Of a DNA stretch of 54,637 nt, positions 37,458-51,734 are shown piece after piece. The notes under the pieces were generated by a model. It did not search any database. It worked only from the letters and a program-made list of their open reading frames with translations, and was not told the DNA's origin. Source of the stretch: Octopus sinensis. Lineage: Eukaryota. Every line of letters starts with the position of its first letter. Position 1 is the stretch's first letter. The position numbers were made by a program, and so were the translations under genes. The DNA lies in contig NW_021833781.1 of assembly GCF_006345805.1 (NCBI RefSeq), forward strand, positions 1 to 54,637. The letters are read 5' to 3'.

Positions 37458-37477
37458 AAATTGAAATTAAAATTAAA

Positions 37478-37517
<40 letters not shown>

Positions 37518-37856
37518 TTATAAATATAAATTAATAATTTTTAATTTTTAATTTTAAATTTAAATAATTTAAATTTGAATTTTATATTTTATATATTTTG
37601 TATATTATATTAATTATTTTTATTTCTATGTTTTGGTTTATGTTTTTTCACTGTTTGGTTTGCCTAATAGTGGTTTTATCTCTAATTTAATAAACAAATT
37701 TGGTTTGTGCATCAACTTACGGATATTATAATGTTGGATTATTTATTCATTTTACAAATGAGAACATCAAAAGCATACAAAAGTATTATATAAATCAATA
37801 GATAAGATAATAATACAAATACAGATTTTAAAAGTCATAGTATAGATAATTAAATC

Positions 37857-37897
<41 letters not shown>

Positions 37898-38026
37898 ATA
37901 TGCGTGTGTATACATAGGTGAGACATGATATGTGTGTGTGTTTAAATTCTTAATATGACATTTTGTTTTGATTTCGACATCTGAGATTAGATCTTTCATA
38001 AAAAAAAACTGTATACAATGAAATTT

Positions 38027-38404
38027 TGGAAGCACTCTGTCGGTTACGACGACGAGGCTTCCGGTTGATCCGATCAACGGAACAGCCTGCTCGTGAAATT
38101 GACGTTAAGTGGCTGAGCACTCCACAGACAGGTGTACCCTTAACGTAGTTCTCGGGGAGATTCAGCGTGACACAGAGAGTGACAAGGCCGGCCCTTTGAA
38201 ATACAGGTACAACAGAAACAGGAAGTAAGAGTGAGAGAAAGTTGTGGTGAAAGAGTACATCAGGTATCACCACCATCCCTGCCGGAGCCTCGTGGGGCTT
38301 TAGGTGTTTTCGCTCAATAAACACTCACAACGCCCGGTCTGGGAACGAAACCGCGATCCTACAGCCGCGAGTCCGCTGCCCTAACCCTGGGCCATTGCGC
38401 CTCC
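38027..38404 (-). mobile_element. SINE family C
   Basis: Homology. Confidence 0.85.
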
Positions 38405-38409
38405 AACAT

Positions 38410-38463
<54 letters not shown>

Positions 38464-38512
38464 GTATATATATATTATATATATATATATATGTATATGT
38501 ATAATATATATG

Positions 38513-38567
<55 letters not shown>

Positions 38568-39060
38568 GCTATATTATATATAGATATATATATATATATA
38601 TATCGATATGTATATATATATAGTATATATGTATATATATAATATATATATTATATAATGTATATATATATATTATATATATATATTATATGATATTATA
38701 TATATATATATATATATAGACCTTTATATAAATAAATAACGTGAAATACACGAAGGGGACGAACAAAAGACAAACGGGTCATTCAAAGCCTTCATTCTTC
38801 AGTCAGAAGAAAACTGATCCCGCATCGCAGATTTCGGCTGTTTAATTCTGAGATCCGCTCTGAATCAGCCAGCCACAGAAGGAAAGAATGAAACGCAACA
38901 GAGACGAACATGAAACGAAAAATCTTTTTTGGGGACAGTAACGGTTAAAAACATGGATGACACAGGCGCCCTACGGCTTTGAGACACAAACAGAGAGACA
39001 CAAAAAATATATATATCTATATATATATATGATGATTATATTTATCTATATATATATTAA

Positions 39061-39130
<70 letters not shown>

Positions 39131-39200
39131 TGTTGATTGATTCTAGTTTCAGCTTATGAGCTGTGGCCATGCTGGGGCACCGCCATTTATATATATATAT

Positions 39201-39231
<31 letters not shown>

Positions 39232-39442
39232 TATAAATCAAAATAAGCAACAAGTAATCACCCCGTGGATTTATATGGATAACACCATACCAAATTCTGG
39301 TGCTTTTGACTTAAGTACCATATTCATCTGAATCTAAATTTTGCTGAACTTATATATATATATATATGTATGTAGAGAGAGGGGGGGATTGAGAGACATT
39401 AAAGAAACTTTTGGTACTCTTCTACCTGAATATTACTAAAAA

Positions 39443-39647
39443 GAAATACAGGTACAACAGAAACAGGAAGTAAGACAAAGTTGTGGTGAAAGAGTAAAGC
39501 AGGGATCACCACCATCCCCTGCCGGAGCCTCGTGGAGCTTTTGGGTGTTTTCGCTCAATAAACACTCACAACGCCCGGTCTGGGAATCGAAACCGCGATC
39601 CTACGACCGCGAGTCCGCTGCCCTAATCACTGGGCCATTGCGCCTCC
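39443..39647 (-). mobile_element. SINE family C, 5' half
   Basis: Homology. Confidence 0.8.
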
Positions 39648-39888
39648 ACATACAATGAAATACATATATTGCCTATATAAAGAGAATTCCAGAAAACTTG
39701 GCGACCATGTAAGAAGCTCTTGCTATCGTAGTAGTAAAGAATAGCTGCTGCAACGGAGTCATAACAAAATTATGTGGTGAAAGGGAGGTTAGAGAAACTG
39801 AGTAGTTTTATAGTTACTTCCCTTGAATTGTAATAAAACTCTGTGTCCGCACACACACACACATTAGCCTGCACACACGCATTTATAT

Positions 39889-40308
39889 ACTCTTACTCTT
39901 TACTCTTTTACTTGTTTCAGTCATTTGACTGCAGCACCGCCTTTAATCGAGCAACTCGACCCCGGGACTTATTCTTTGTAAGCCCAGTACTTATTCTATC
40001 GGTCTCTTTTGCCTAACCGCTAAGTTACGGGGACATAAACATACCAGCATCGGTTGTCAAGCAATGCTAGTGGAGACAAACACAGACACAGAAACACACA
40101 CACATACACAAACATATATATATATATATATATACATATATACGACGGGCTTCTTTCAGTTTGTCTACCAAATCCACTCACAAGGCTTTGGTCGGCCCGA
40201 GCTATAGTAGAAGACACATGCCTAAGGTACCACGCAGTGGGACTGAAACCGGGAACCATGTCGTTTGTGAGTAAGTAGCTACTTACCACACAGCCACTCC
40301 TACGCCTA
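39889..40308 (-). mobile_element. SINE family A (second 5'-half copy at 40531-40696)
   Basis: Homology, tail (tactcttt)n on the plus strand. Confidence 0.85.
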
Positions 40309-40362
40309 ATTATATTGTATGTATATATATATAATATATATATAGATATATATATAAGATAT

Positions 40363-40415
<53 letters not shown>

Positions 40416-40487
40416 TATTATATAATTATATATATATATATATATAATATATATATATTATATATAATATATTATATATATATATTA

Positions 40488-40533
<46 letters not shown>

Positions 40534-40920
40534 GACGGGGTTCTTTCAGTTTTGTCTACCAAATACACTCACAAGGCTTTGGTCGGCGACGAGGCTATGG
40601 TTAGAAGACACTTGCCCAAGGTGCCACGCAGTGGGACTGAACCGGAACCATGTGGTTGGTCAAGCAGCTACTTACAACACAGCCACTCCTGCGCCTTATA
40701 TATGGTATCCATGCACATTTCATATACGGTGCAGCTTTAAGTGATTTTTTTAGTCGGTGAAAACAATCACTTTACTTATTTTAAGTTGTCTTAGTTATTA
40801 TATTGCTTCTTCCGCTCTCCTCCCTCCTCACGTCTCCGCCCCCCCCCCCCAAAAAAACAAAAAAAAATTATAAGATATGCGAACGTGACCTTAAACTAGT
40901 GTCAAGCAGAGGCTTGACAC

Positions 40921-41333
40921 TATGTATGTATGGATGGATGTATGGATGGATTGATGGATGGATGGATGTGTGTGTGTATGTATGGATGGATGTATGGATG
41001 TATGGATGGATGGATGGATGGATGTGTGTATGTATGTATGTATGTATGTATGTATGTATGTATGGATGGATGGATGGATGGATGTGTGTATGTATGTATG
41101 TATGTATGTATGTATGTATGTATGGATGGATGGATGGATGTGTGTATGTATGTATGTATGTATGTATGTATGTATGTATGTATGTATGGATGGATGGATG
41201 GATGGATGTGTGTGTGTATGTATGTATGTATGTATGGATGTATGGATGGATGGATGGATGGATGTGTGTATGTATGTATGTATGTATGTATGGATGTATG
41301 TATGTATGGATGTATGGATGGATGGATGGATGG

Positions 41334-41369
<36 letters not shown>

Positions 41370-42732
41370 ATGGATGGATGGATGGATGGATGGGTGGATG
41401 TGTGTGTGTATGTATGTATGTATGTATGTATGTATGTATGTATGGATGGATGGATGGATGGTGTGTGTATGTATGTGTATGTATGTATGTATGTATGTAT
41501 GTATGTATGGATGGATGGATGTGGGGGTGGGTGTGTGTGTATGTATGTATGTATGTATGGATGGAGATGGATGGATGGATGGATGGATGGATGGATGGAG
41601 TGTGTGTATGTATGTATGTATGTATGTATGCTGTATGTATGTATGTATGGATGGATGGATGGATGGGTGTGTGTAGTATGTATGTATGTATGTATGTATG
41701 TATGTATGTATGGATGGATGGATGGATGGATGGATGGATGGATAGATGTGTGTATGTATGTATGTAGTATGATGTAGGTATGTATGTATGTATGGTGGAT
41801 GGAGGATGGATGGATGGATGGATGGATGGATGGATGTGTGTATGTAGTATGTATGTATGTATGTATGTATGTATGTATGGATGGATGGATGGATGGATGG
41901 ATGGATGGATGTGTGTGTATGTATGTAGTATGTATGATGTATGGAGGATGGATATGATGGATGGATTGGATGGATGTGGTATGTATGATGTATGTATGGA
42001 GGATGGATGGATGGATGGATGATGATGTGTGGGTGTGTGTATGTAGGTATGTAGTATGGATGATGGATGATGGATGGATGTGTGTGGTGTGTATGTATGT
42101 ATGTATGTAATGTATGGATGGAGGATGGATGGATGGATGGATGTGTGTATGTATGTATGTAGTATGGATGGATGGATGGATGGATGGATGGATGGATGTG
42201 TGTGTTTGTGTGTTGTATGTATGGTATGTATGTATGTAGGATGTATGTTATGGATGGATGGATGGATGGAGATGGATGGATGTGTGTTGTGTGTATGTAT
42301 GTATGTATGTATGTATGTATGTATGTATGTATGTATGTATGTATGTATGGATGGATGGATGGATGGATGGATGTGTGTGTGGTGTATGTATGTATGTATG
42401 TATGTATGGATGGATGGATGGATGGATGGATGTGTGTGTGTAGTATGTATGTATGTATGTATGTATGTATGGATGGATGGATGGATGGATGGATGGATGT
42501 GTGTGTGTGTGTATGTATGTATGTATATGATGTATGTATGTATGGATGGATGGATGGATGGATGGATGGATGTGTGTGTGTGTATGTATGTATGTATGTA
42601 TGTATGTATGTATGTATGTATGGATGGATGGATGGATGTGTGTATGGATGGATGGATGGATGGATGGATGTGTGTATGTATGTATGTATGTATGTATGTA
42701 TGTATGTATGTATGTATGGATGGATGGATGGA

Positions 42733-42763
<31 letters not shown>

Positions 42764-42804
42764 ATGTATATATGTATGTATGTATGTATGGATGGATGGA
42801 TGGA

Positions 42805-42835
<31 letters not shown>

Positions 42836-42864
42836 ATGTATGTATGGATGGATGGATGGATGGA

Positions 42865-42897
<33 letters not shown>

Positions 42898-42934
42898 ATG
42901 GATGAATGGATGGATGGATGGATGGATGGATGGA

Positions 42935-42967
<33 letters not shown>

Positions 42968-43000
42968 ATGTATGTATGTATGTATGGATGAATGGATGGA

Positions 43001-43035
<35 letters not shown>

Positions 43036-43056
43036 ATGGATGGATGGATGGATGGA

Positions 43057-43091
<35 letters not shown>

Positions 43092-43198
43092 ATGGATGGA
43101 TGGATGGGTGGATGTGTGTGTGTGTATGTATGTATGCATGCATGCATGTATGTATGTATGTATGGATGGATGGATGGATGGATGTGTGTGTGTGTATG
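40921..43198. repeat. Higher-order compound microsatellite [(GT)n(ATGT)n(ATGG)n]m
   Basis: Direct reading; source of the 250-800 aa spurious ORFs. Confidence 0.95.
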
Positions 43199-44031
43199 TC
43201 GCGCATTCCAGAAGTTTTCAGACTTTTTTTTTTTTTAGGAAAAGCAGTTATAACTGTCCTAGATTGTAATTTCAGTATACCATTATGGTACATTTAATAA
43301 ACTGACCAACCAGCCAGCCAGCCAGCCAGCCTTTATTATTCCAGATTGAAAGAAACGGCTGTAACGGCACTTTGATCATGCCCTACCAAACACTTCTTGA
43401 CATAGTTGACCAGTTTGCAAAACGCAGTCAGGACGTGAAGACAATTTAGCAGCTTGCTCTGCAATACAGTCTCGTGTTAAACTACGCAAAAAAGCTGCAG
43501 AAACTTATGGAATACTCCAGGTCGCTTATGGATTAACTTGTATTAGCCATGCATGTTTTTCGCTGACACAAGCGGTCAAGTAAAGCAAATCCACTGAGAA
43601 GCTCACGAGGATCCCCTTTTTCTGTAGTAAAGGCATAGTCTGCACCTACTGGGTTTCCTCTGGCTAGATATATTAAGGTCTGCTCGACAGATTTTCCGTA
43701 GAAATTATAGCCAGCAGTGGTTCTGTTACGTTTCGTATCCGAGACGCCAGAAGTAAACAAACAATGTTATAGAAACAAATTATAGCCATTCTGTTACGTT
43801 TCGTATCCGAGGCGACAGAAGTAAGCAAACAATGAGATCAAAGATGAAAAAATGGGTAATGTGCGTATATTTCGGGAGTTTTTGCTCCTTCATCAGCACC
43901 TGTCTATCTGGTCAGAGTACTTTGTGGAGGTTTTGCGGCCGCCCAGGAAGAGATTTCGTCGCAAAAAGCCGAAGCACATGGACCCGGACAATGCACTCGT
44001 CCACAGTTCCATCCTAGTAACCAACTATTTA

Positions 44032-44366
44032 TTTTTTATTTATTTCTGCGCCCTTTTCAAGCCTAGCCAGGCTCATGGGCCCGGTTTCCCGGTTTCTGTG
44101 GCGTATTTGTTCCCCCCACCACTACCACCACCAGCTGAACGGGACGCCAGTCCATCGCAGCGTTACTCAAGAAACAGGGAGAAAGAGTAAGAGAAAGTTG
44201 TGGCGAAAGAGTACAACAGGGATCGCCACCACCTCTTGCCGGAGCTTCGTGGAGCTTTTTAGGTGTTTTCGCCCAATAAACACGCACAACGCCTGGTCTG
44301 GGAAGCGAAACCGCGATCCTCTGACCGCGATTCCACTGCTCTAATCCCTGGGCCATTGCGCCTCCA
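44032..44366 (-). mobile_element. SINE family C2
   Basis: 10-bp TSD caactattta at 44022-44031 and 44367-44376. Confidence 0.9.
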
Positions 44367-44398
44367 CAACTATTTACAGAGATGGATATCAAAACTGA

Positions 44399-44710
44399 GT
44401 GGAGGCACATGGTCTACTGGTTAGAGCAGCGGAATCGCGGTCAAAGGATCGCGGGTTCGAATCTCAGACCGGACGATGTGTGTGTTTATTGAGCGAAACA
44501 CCTAAGCTCCATGCGGCTCCGGCAGAAGGTAATGGCGAATTTCTGCTGACTCTTTCACCACAACTTTCTCTCACTCTTTCCTCTTGCATCTTGCAGCTCA
44601 CCTGCGACGGACCAGACTTCCGTCATGAGGAGGTAATCAATACGCCAGGAAACCGGGAAACCGGTCCTTGTGTGCCAGGCATGGTTTGAGAAGGAACAAA
44701 CAACAACAAC
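44399..44710 (+). mobile_element. SINE family C2 with (AAC)n tail
   Basis: 13-bp TSD atatcaaaactga at 44386-44398 and 44711-44723. Confidence 0.9.
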
Positions 44711-44987
44711 ATATCAAAACTGATCCTCATCCTCCCTACAGTCCCCAAACTGAAGAAGAATCTGAGGGGATAGTCGTTTTGAAGACATTGACAAGAAGAA
44801 GGAGGCAGTGACAAGGTTCCTTGACACTTTCACCTTTGGAGAACTTCTATGGGGCCGTCATAGAGTGACCGGATCGCTACAGTAAGTGCATTGAAGATAG
44901 AGGATATTACTTTGAAGATGATTAAAGTTTTGTAATTTGAAATTAATAAATGTTTCTCCTGAAAATGTATCAAAACTTCTGAAACGC

Positions 44988-44990
<3 letters not shown>

Positions 44991-45034
<44 letters not shown>

Positions 45035-45134
45035 GCCTGTCTAACTATCGATTGATCTATCTATCCATCCATCCATCCATCTATCTATCCATCCATCCAT
45101 CCATCCATCCATCCATCCATCCATCCATCCATCA

Positions 45135-45188
<54 letters not shown>

Positions 45189-45230
45189 TTTGAATGTCTC
45201 TCTGTCTGTCAGTCTATCTATCTACCTATT

Positions 45231-45268
<38 letters not shown>

Positions 45269-45500
45269 GATACATACATACATACATACATAATACATAC
45301 AAACAAACATAAAAACATGCATACATACATACATACATACATAAACACATACATACATACAAACATACATACATACATACATACATAACATACATACATA
45401 CATACATGCATGCATGCATAAACACATACATACATACATACATACATACATACATACATACATACATACATACATACATACATACATACATACATACATA
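44991..45500. repeat. (CT)n, (ATCC)n, (ATCT)n, (ATAC)n microsatellite block
   Basis: Direct reading. Confidence 0.95.
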
Positions 45501-45711
45501 GGTGTAGATATAGATGTAGATATATTCATCCTTGAAGGTTACCTACAATTCGGTGCCACCCAGAAAGCAGATGAATCATTTGAATGCCACTTGCTTGAAA
45601 AGGAATTCATAATTCATTGTAATTCTGCCTGAATGTATTATTTAAACAACGATATCTATATTCTTCGTAACTGAGACATGTGATTCAAAATAGTATTATT
45701 GCTTCTGGCGC

Positions 45712-46091
45712 GGAGGCGCAATGGCCCAGTGGTTAGGGCAGCGGACTCGCGGTCGTAGGATCGCGGTTTCGATTTCCAGACCGGGCGTTGTGAGTGTTTA
45801 TTGAGCGAAAACACCTAAAGCTTCACGAGGCTCCGGCAGGGATGGTGGTGATCCCTGCTGTACTCTTTCACCACAACTTTCTCTCACTCTTACTTCCTGT
45901 TTCTGTTGTACCTGTATTTCAAAGGGCCGGCCTTGTCACTCTCTGTGTCACGCTGAATATCCCCGAGAACTACGTTAAGGGTACACGTGTCTGTGAAGTG
46001 CTCAGCCACTTACACGTTAATTTCACGAGCAGGCTGTTCCGTTGATTCGGATCAGCTGGGACCCTCATCGTCGCAACCGACGGAGTGCTCC
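45712..46091 (+). mobile_element. SINE family C
   Basis: Homology. Confidence 0.9.
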
Positions 46092-46385
46092 TACTATAGC
46101 TGGAGAGACGTTCTTTGAATATGTTACCCGAGCAGCTGATGTATCTCCGTCATCGTGTGTTGGTGGCGCTGTGTCTGTTGGTGTTGGCGTCATTGGGGAT
46201 GGCGTTGGTGTTAATGCAGTCACTACTGATGTTGGTAATGGTGCTGTTGTTGTTGTTATGGTCATCGTCGTTGGTGGGGGAGCTTTCTTAGATATAGATA
46301 TCGTCGGCGACGGCGCTGCTGCTATTTACGTTAGGGATACTGCAATTGCTGTCGATGTTGTTATTGTTGTGTGTGTATATATATA

Positions 46386-46785
46386 CTAGCAGTATCGCCC
46401 GGCGTTGCTCGGGTTTGTAAGGGAAATAACTATAAAGCATTTTTAGAGATGTAAAGTATAATAGCCATCTCAATATGGCGAACCACAAAGGGGGGGGTGT
46501 TACTGTAGCTTTTACGTTCTGAGATTTAATAATACATTTTTAGAGAGTACTTCCCTTATATAATAGAAAAAAAATGCATTTAAAATGGGGAAAAAATGAT
46601 GGTAAATTTATTTTTAAATCGTAGACTCATCGTAGACGCGCGCTAATACCCAGAAGGGCTCGATATGAATCACAACTATAAAGATTACCCGCTTTTTGGT
46701 TACACTGCACCGCAAATGTGGGAGTAGTTAGGAATCTAAATCGTAGGTAGGAAACAGACACACAACTGACTTTTATATATAAAGA
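46386..46785 (-). mobile_element. Non-autonomous Helitron, copy 2
   Basis: Reverse complement of 20886-21280 with TC...hairpin-CTAG ends in an A|T site. Confidence 0.8.
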
Positions 46786-46789
46786 TATG

Positions 46790-48450
<1,661 letters not shown>

Positions 48451-49514
48451 TTTGAGCACACTTAGACATATAAACATATTTTTACAAAAAACAATTTATG
48501 CATACGCGCGAGCGCATATACATGCGCATATATAGTGGTAATCGCACTGTAATTTGTACATATATTCATACAACTGACAACATTTTCTAAATGCAGTTGT
48601 TTATGCTGATGTTGAAATAATGATTGTGATGGAGTTGTTTGTTGTTGTAGTTGTCGATTTATGGAGTTTGAGACGGTAGCGTCAGTGATATCAGATGTAA
48701 TGTTTTTGTTAGGTGTCAGTGAGGGTGACGGCGAAACGGCTGTAGCGTGTGTGTTGGTTGGGTAGATGTGGTGAGATAGACACAGCTTCCATATTATTTA
48801 ACATGCCATGAATTGAAACAAGCAAACGCACGCATACTCACTCACACACACACACATACACAAAGATATGAGTGAACGAGAGCTTGAACCAAAGTGAGAG
48901 ATAGAGTTTAAAATCAGAGAACGGGAGAGAAAGGAGAAAGAATGTATCTCTCAGAGAGAAGGAGAGAGAAGTGGAGGAGGTTAATGCCAGCAAAACATTG
49001 AAATATATATAGAATTCTTCAGTAATTCGTCGGTCTGCGTCAGCGTGTTGTAATGAAATACCCACAAAACATTTAGGAATAGAATAAAAATATAAGTAGG
49101 AAAGTAGTTATCAAAAGTATAAAGGAATTAATTTTACACTGGTTGAAAAAAACACAACGTTTTCAACGTTTCGTACAGTGGCCCATCAACATGATTTACA
49201 ATGAAAGCCTCAAGATTAAATGAAAAGCGGAAGTATATTGTGTTGAATAATGCTTTACAACCCAAATCTAACGAATATAACATACGAATCTAACGTTTTA
49301 TACATTGGTCCTTCATCAAGAACAAGAAAAGATGAAGAAAAAAGGAGAAGGGAGTTTAATAACATAAGTATTTAAAGTGAAAGCCACATGATGAAATGCA
49401 AAACAGAAATAGATGAAGTTTGATGATGCTTTACAGTTAAAATAGAGTTTTTCACCCAAAGATAAGAGCGTATTATGCAAGTGTGTGTTGTCATGCAATA
49501 AAGATAATGTATGA

Positions 49515-49690
49515 GGCGCAGGAGTGGCTGTATGGTAAGTAGCTTGCTTACCAACCACATGGTTCGGGCCGACCAAAGCCTTGTGAGTGGATTTGGTAGA
49601 CGGGAACCGAAAGAAGCCTGTCGTTATATGTATATGTATATTATATATATGTAATATATATGTATAATATCTATATATATATATTATATA

Positions 49691-49783
<93 letters not shown>

Positions 49784-50149
49784 GTGTCTGTGTGTGTGGT
49801 AATCCAAACAGAAAGCACAAAAAAAACACAACAACGCGAGGACGTGGAACAAATATAGTATTATTGGACGCTCAGGAAAAAAGGGATGAAGGAGGTTTAA
49901 CGTTTCGAGCGGAGCTCTTCGTCGGAAACATAGGAGAAGGAAAGATCCAGAGAAGGGAAGACAAAGGAAAAAATCGCCAACGGTACACACGAGGTCACAT
50001 TTTGGTGTGTGTGTGTGTGTGGGTGTGACTGTGATTGTCCCCCCAACATCACTTGACAACCGATGCTGGTGTGTTTGCGTCCCCGTAACTTAGCGGTGCT
50101 CCAGCGTGGCCGCATCAAATGACTGAAACAAGTAAAAGAGTAAAAGAGT
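49515..50149 (+). mobile_element. SINE family A whose internal microsatellite is expanded and carries a foreign ~200-bp insert (49801-50003)
   Basis: Head/core 49515-49623 and 3' half 50030-50149. Confidence 0.75.
49895..49929 (-). ncRNA. Minimal type I hammerhead-ribozyme-like motif in a probable Penelope-like element fragment
   Basis: GUUU-CCGACGA-A-GAGC(UCC)GCUC-GAA-ACGU-U-AAAC: stems I and II pair, stem III is palindromic ACGU; core variant U4C. Confidence 0.5.
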
Positions 50150-50774
50150 ATGAGATTATGTGATGTATGCATGTTTTCGTATGTAAAGAAGAATGTAAAC
50201 TTGTGCAGAGAAGTGCGTGTCAGCCCGTTGTATGAGTCCACAACGTTGTGTGTCATGTTACATACGTGATGTCATTAAGGCACAACAGGACTATAGGAAA
50301 GAGAGAGAGAGAGAGAGGAGGGGGATAGAAAGAGTCGTTTCCCCTATCTAGATAAGAATTTATCTTTAAACTGGTGGATCTTTCTCCTCACCACAAATAG
50401 TCTTATTATTCACTGCTCCGTCAGGATATGAAGTAGCGTTCATGACCTTATATTTGTTTCGGTCCTCCAATGTGCAGAGTCATCTTAAGGCATGAGTAGA
50501 AATGGCAGTTACCCAGGGGTCTTATGGGTCTGGGGGCCTGATTCTGATCTATGTATGCTGTGGATTGCTATCAATAAATGGAGTCCTCACCCTAATGCTC
50601 ATAACAGAATGGATCTCGCTAAAGAGACCCAAGATGTCAGGCGGTTGTGATAAACCAGGCATCGGATTAAGTTCACCACACAAGATTTCAGAACGTAAAG
50701 ATCCAAAACAAATGCCACAAATCACTTTGTCCGATCCTCCACCGATTCTACTAGTTCACTACCCACCTCAAAGC

Positions 50775-51700
50775 ATTGGTTTCAAATTTTTGCACAAAGC
50801 CAGCAAGTTCGGGGTAGGGAGTGAATTTTATCTACCCAGAATGGACGAAAGGTAATATCGACCTTAACGGAATTTGAACTCAGAACGTAAAGACGGACGA
50901 TACGCTGCTAAGCATTTTGTCCGGCGCACTAACGGTTCTGCCAGCTTGCCGCCTTAATCCTCCTCAAATTAGTAACGGCAACGATGGCCTTAGCGAGATA
51001 TGAACTTGGAGTGTGGGGGCCGGAAACAAATGCCGTTAAGCATCATGTCTGATTCTCTAACAATTTCGCCTGTCCACCGCCCTTGACTTGTACTTTATTT
51101 TATCGACCCCGAAAGGATGAAAGGCAACGATAATCACGGCGAAATTTGAACTTAGAGTTCAGAGAGCCGAATAAAGAATATCGCAAGACATTTTGCTTTA
51201 TGCGCTGATTATTCATTCTGCTGTAGGCACAAGGCCCGAAATTTTGTTGGGTGTGGATAGTCGATTATTATTTTATTTATGTGCCCTTTTTCAAGCCTAG
51301 CCAGACTCATGGGCCCGGTTTCTATGGCGTATGTGTTTGCCCCCAGCTGGACGGGACGCCAGTCCATCGCAGCGTTACTCAATAAACAGGAAGAAAGAGT
51401 GAGAGAAAGTTGGAGCGAAAGAGTACGACAGGAGTCACCACCACCCCCTGCCGGAGCCTCGTGGAGCTTTAGGTATTTTTGCTTAATAAACACTCACAAC
51501 GCCCGGTCTGGGAATCGAAACCGCGATCCTCCGACCGCGAGTCCGCTGCCCTAACCACTAGGCCATTGCGCCTCCACGGATAGTCGATTACTAGTACTTA
51601 TTTTATCGATCCTCCAAATATGTAAGGTAACGCCAACCTTGGCGGAATTCGGACTTAGAACGTAATGACGAAATAAAGGCCGCTTAACATTTTGTCTGGC
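50775..51700 (-). mobile_element. Cluster of SINE B2 copies, one interrupted by a SINE C2 (51268-51577)
   Basis: 13-bp TSD ggatagtcgatta at 51255-51267 and 51578-51590. Confidence 0.8.
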
Positions 51701-51734
51701 GTGTGAAGAATTCTATTCTAATAATGGCTAATTT

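Larger units (their letters stand above)
43910..44990 (+). mobile_element. Mariner C-terminal remnant split by two SINE C2 insertions
   Basis: EYFVEVLR..RKRFRRKKP, DNALVHSSILVTNYL, IKTDPHPPYSP and KKNLRG reassemble across the insertions; TIR-like aaaacttctgaaacgcacc at the right. Confidence 0.75.

Noticed and set aside
38821-38870. Third possible hammerhead (minus strand CTGAT...GAAA)
   Set aside because: Core reads CUGAUUC rather than CUGANGA, and no convincing stems form.
40803-43297. ORFs of 250-800 aa (MDGWMDGW.../HTYIHPSI...), superficially reflectin-like in Met/Asp/Trp/Tyr content
   Set aside because: Direct translations of (ATGG)n/(ATGT)n/(GT)n, open in many frames; no true reflectin motif, splice context or codon variation.
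43852-44190. ORF with apparent NLS (PPRKRFRRKKPK) as a novel nuclear protein
   Set aside because: Reassembles across two SINE insertions into a mariner transposase catalytic region (DNA..H...HPPYSP).
21704-46045. Recurrent ~70-83 aa ORF (MFIERKHLKL...VNFTSRLFR) in many copies, as a multicopy small-protein family
   Set aside because: Lies inside SINE family C; copies gain indels and lose the start freely, with no sign of codon-level constraint.
46042-46389. Mucin-like Thr/Pro or Val/Gly ORFs
   Set aside because: Degenerate GT-rich low-complexity DNA between a SINE and a Helitron; no coding signals.
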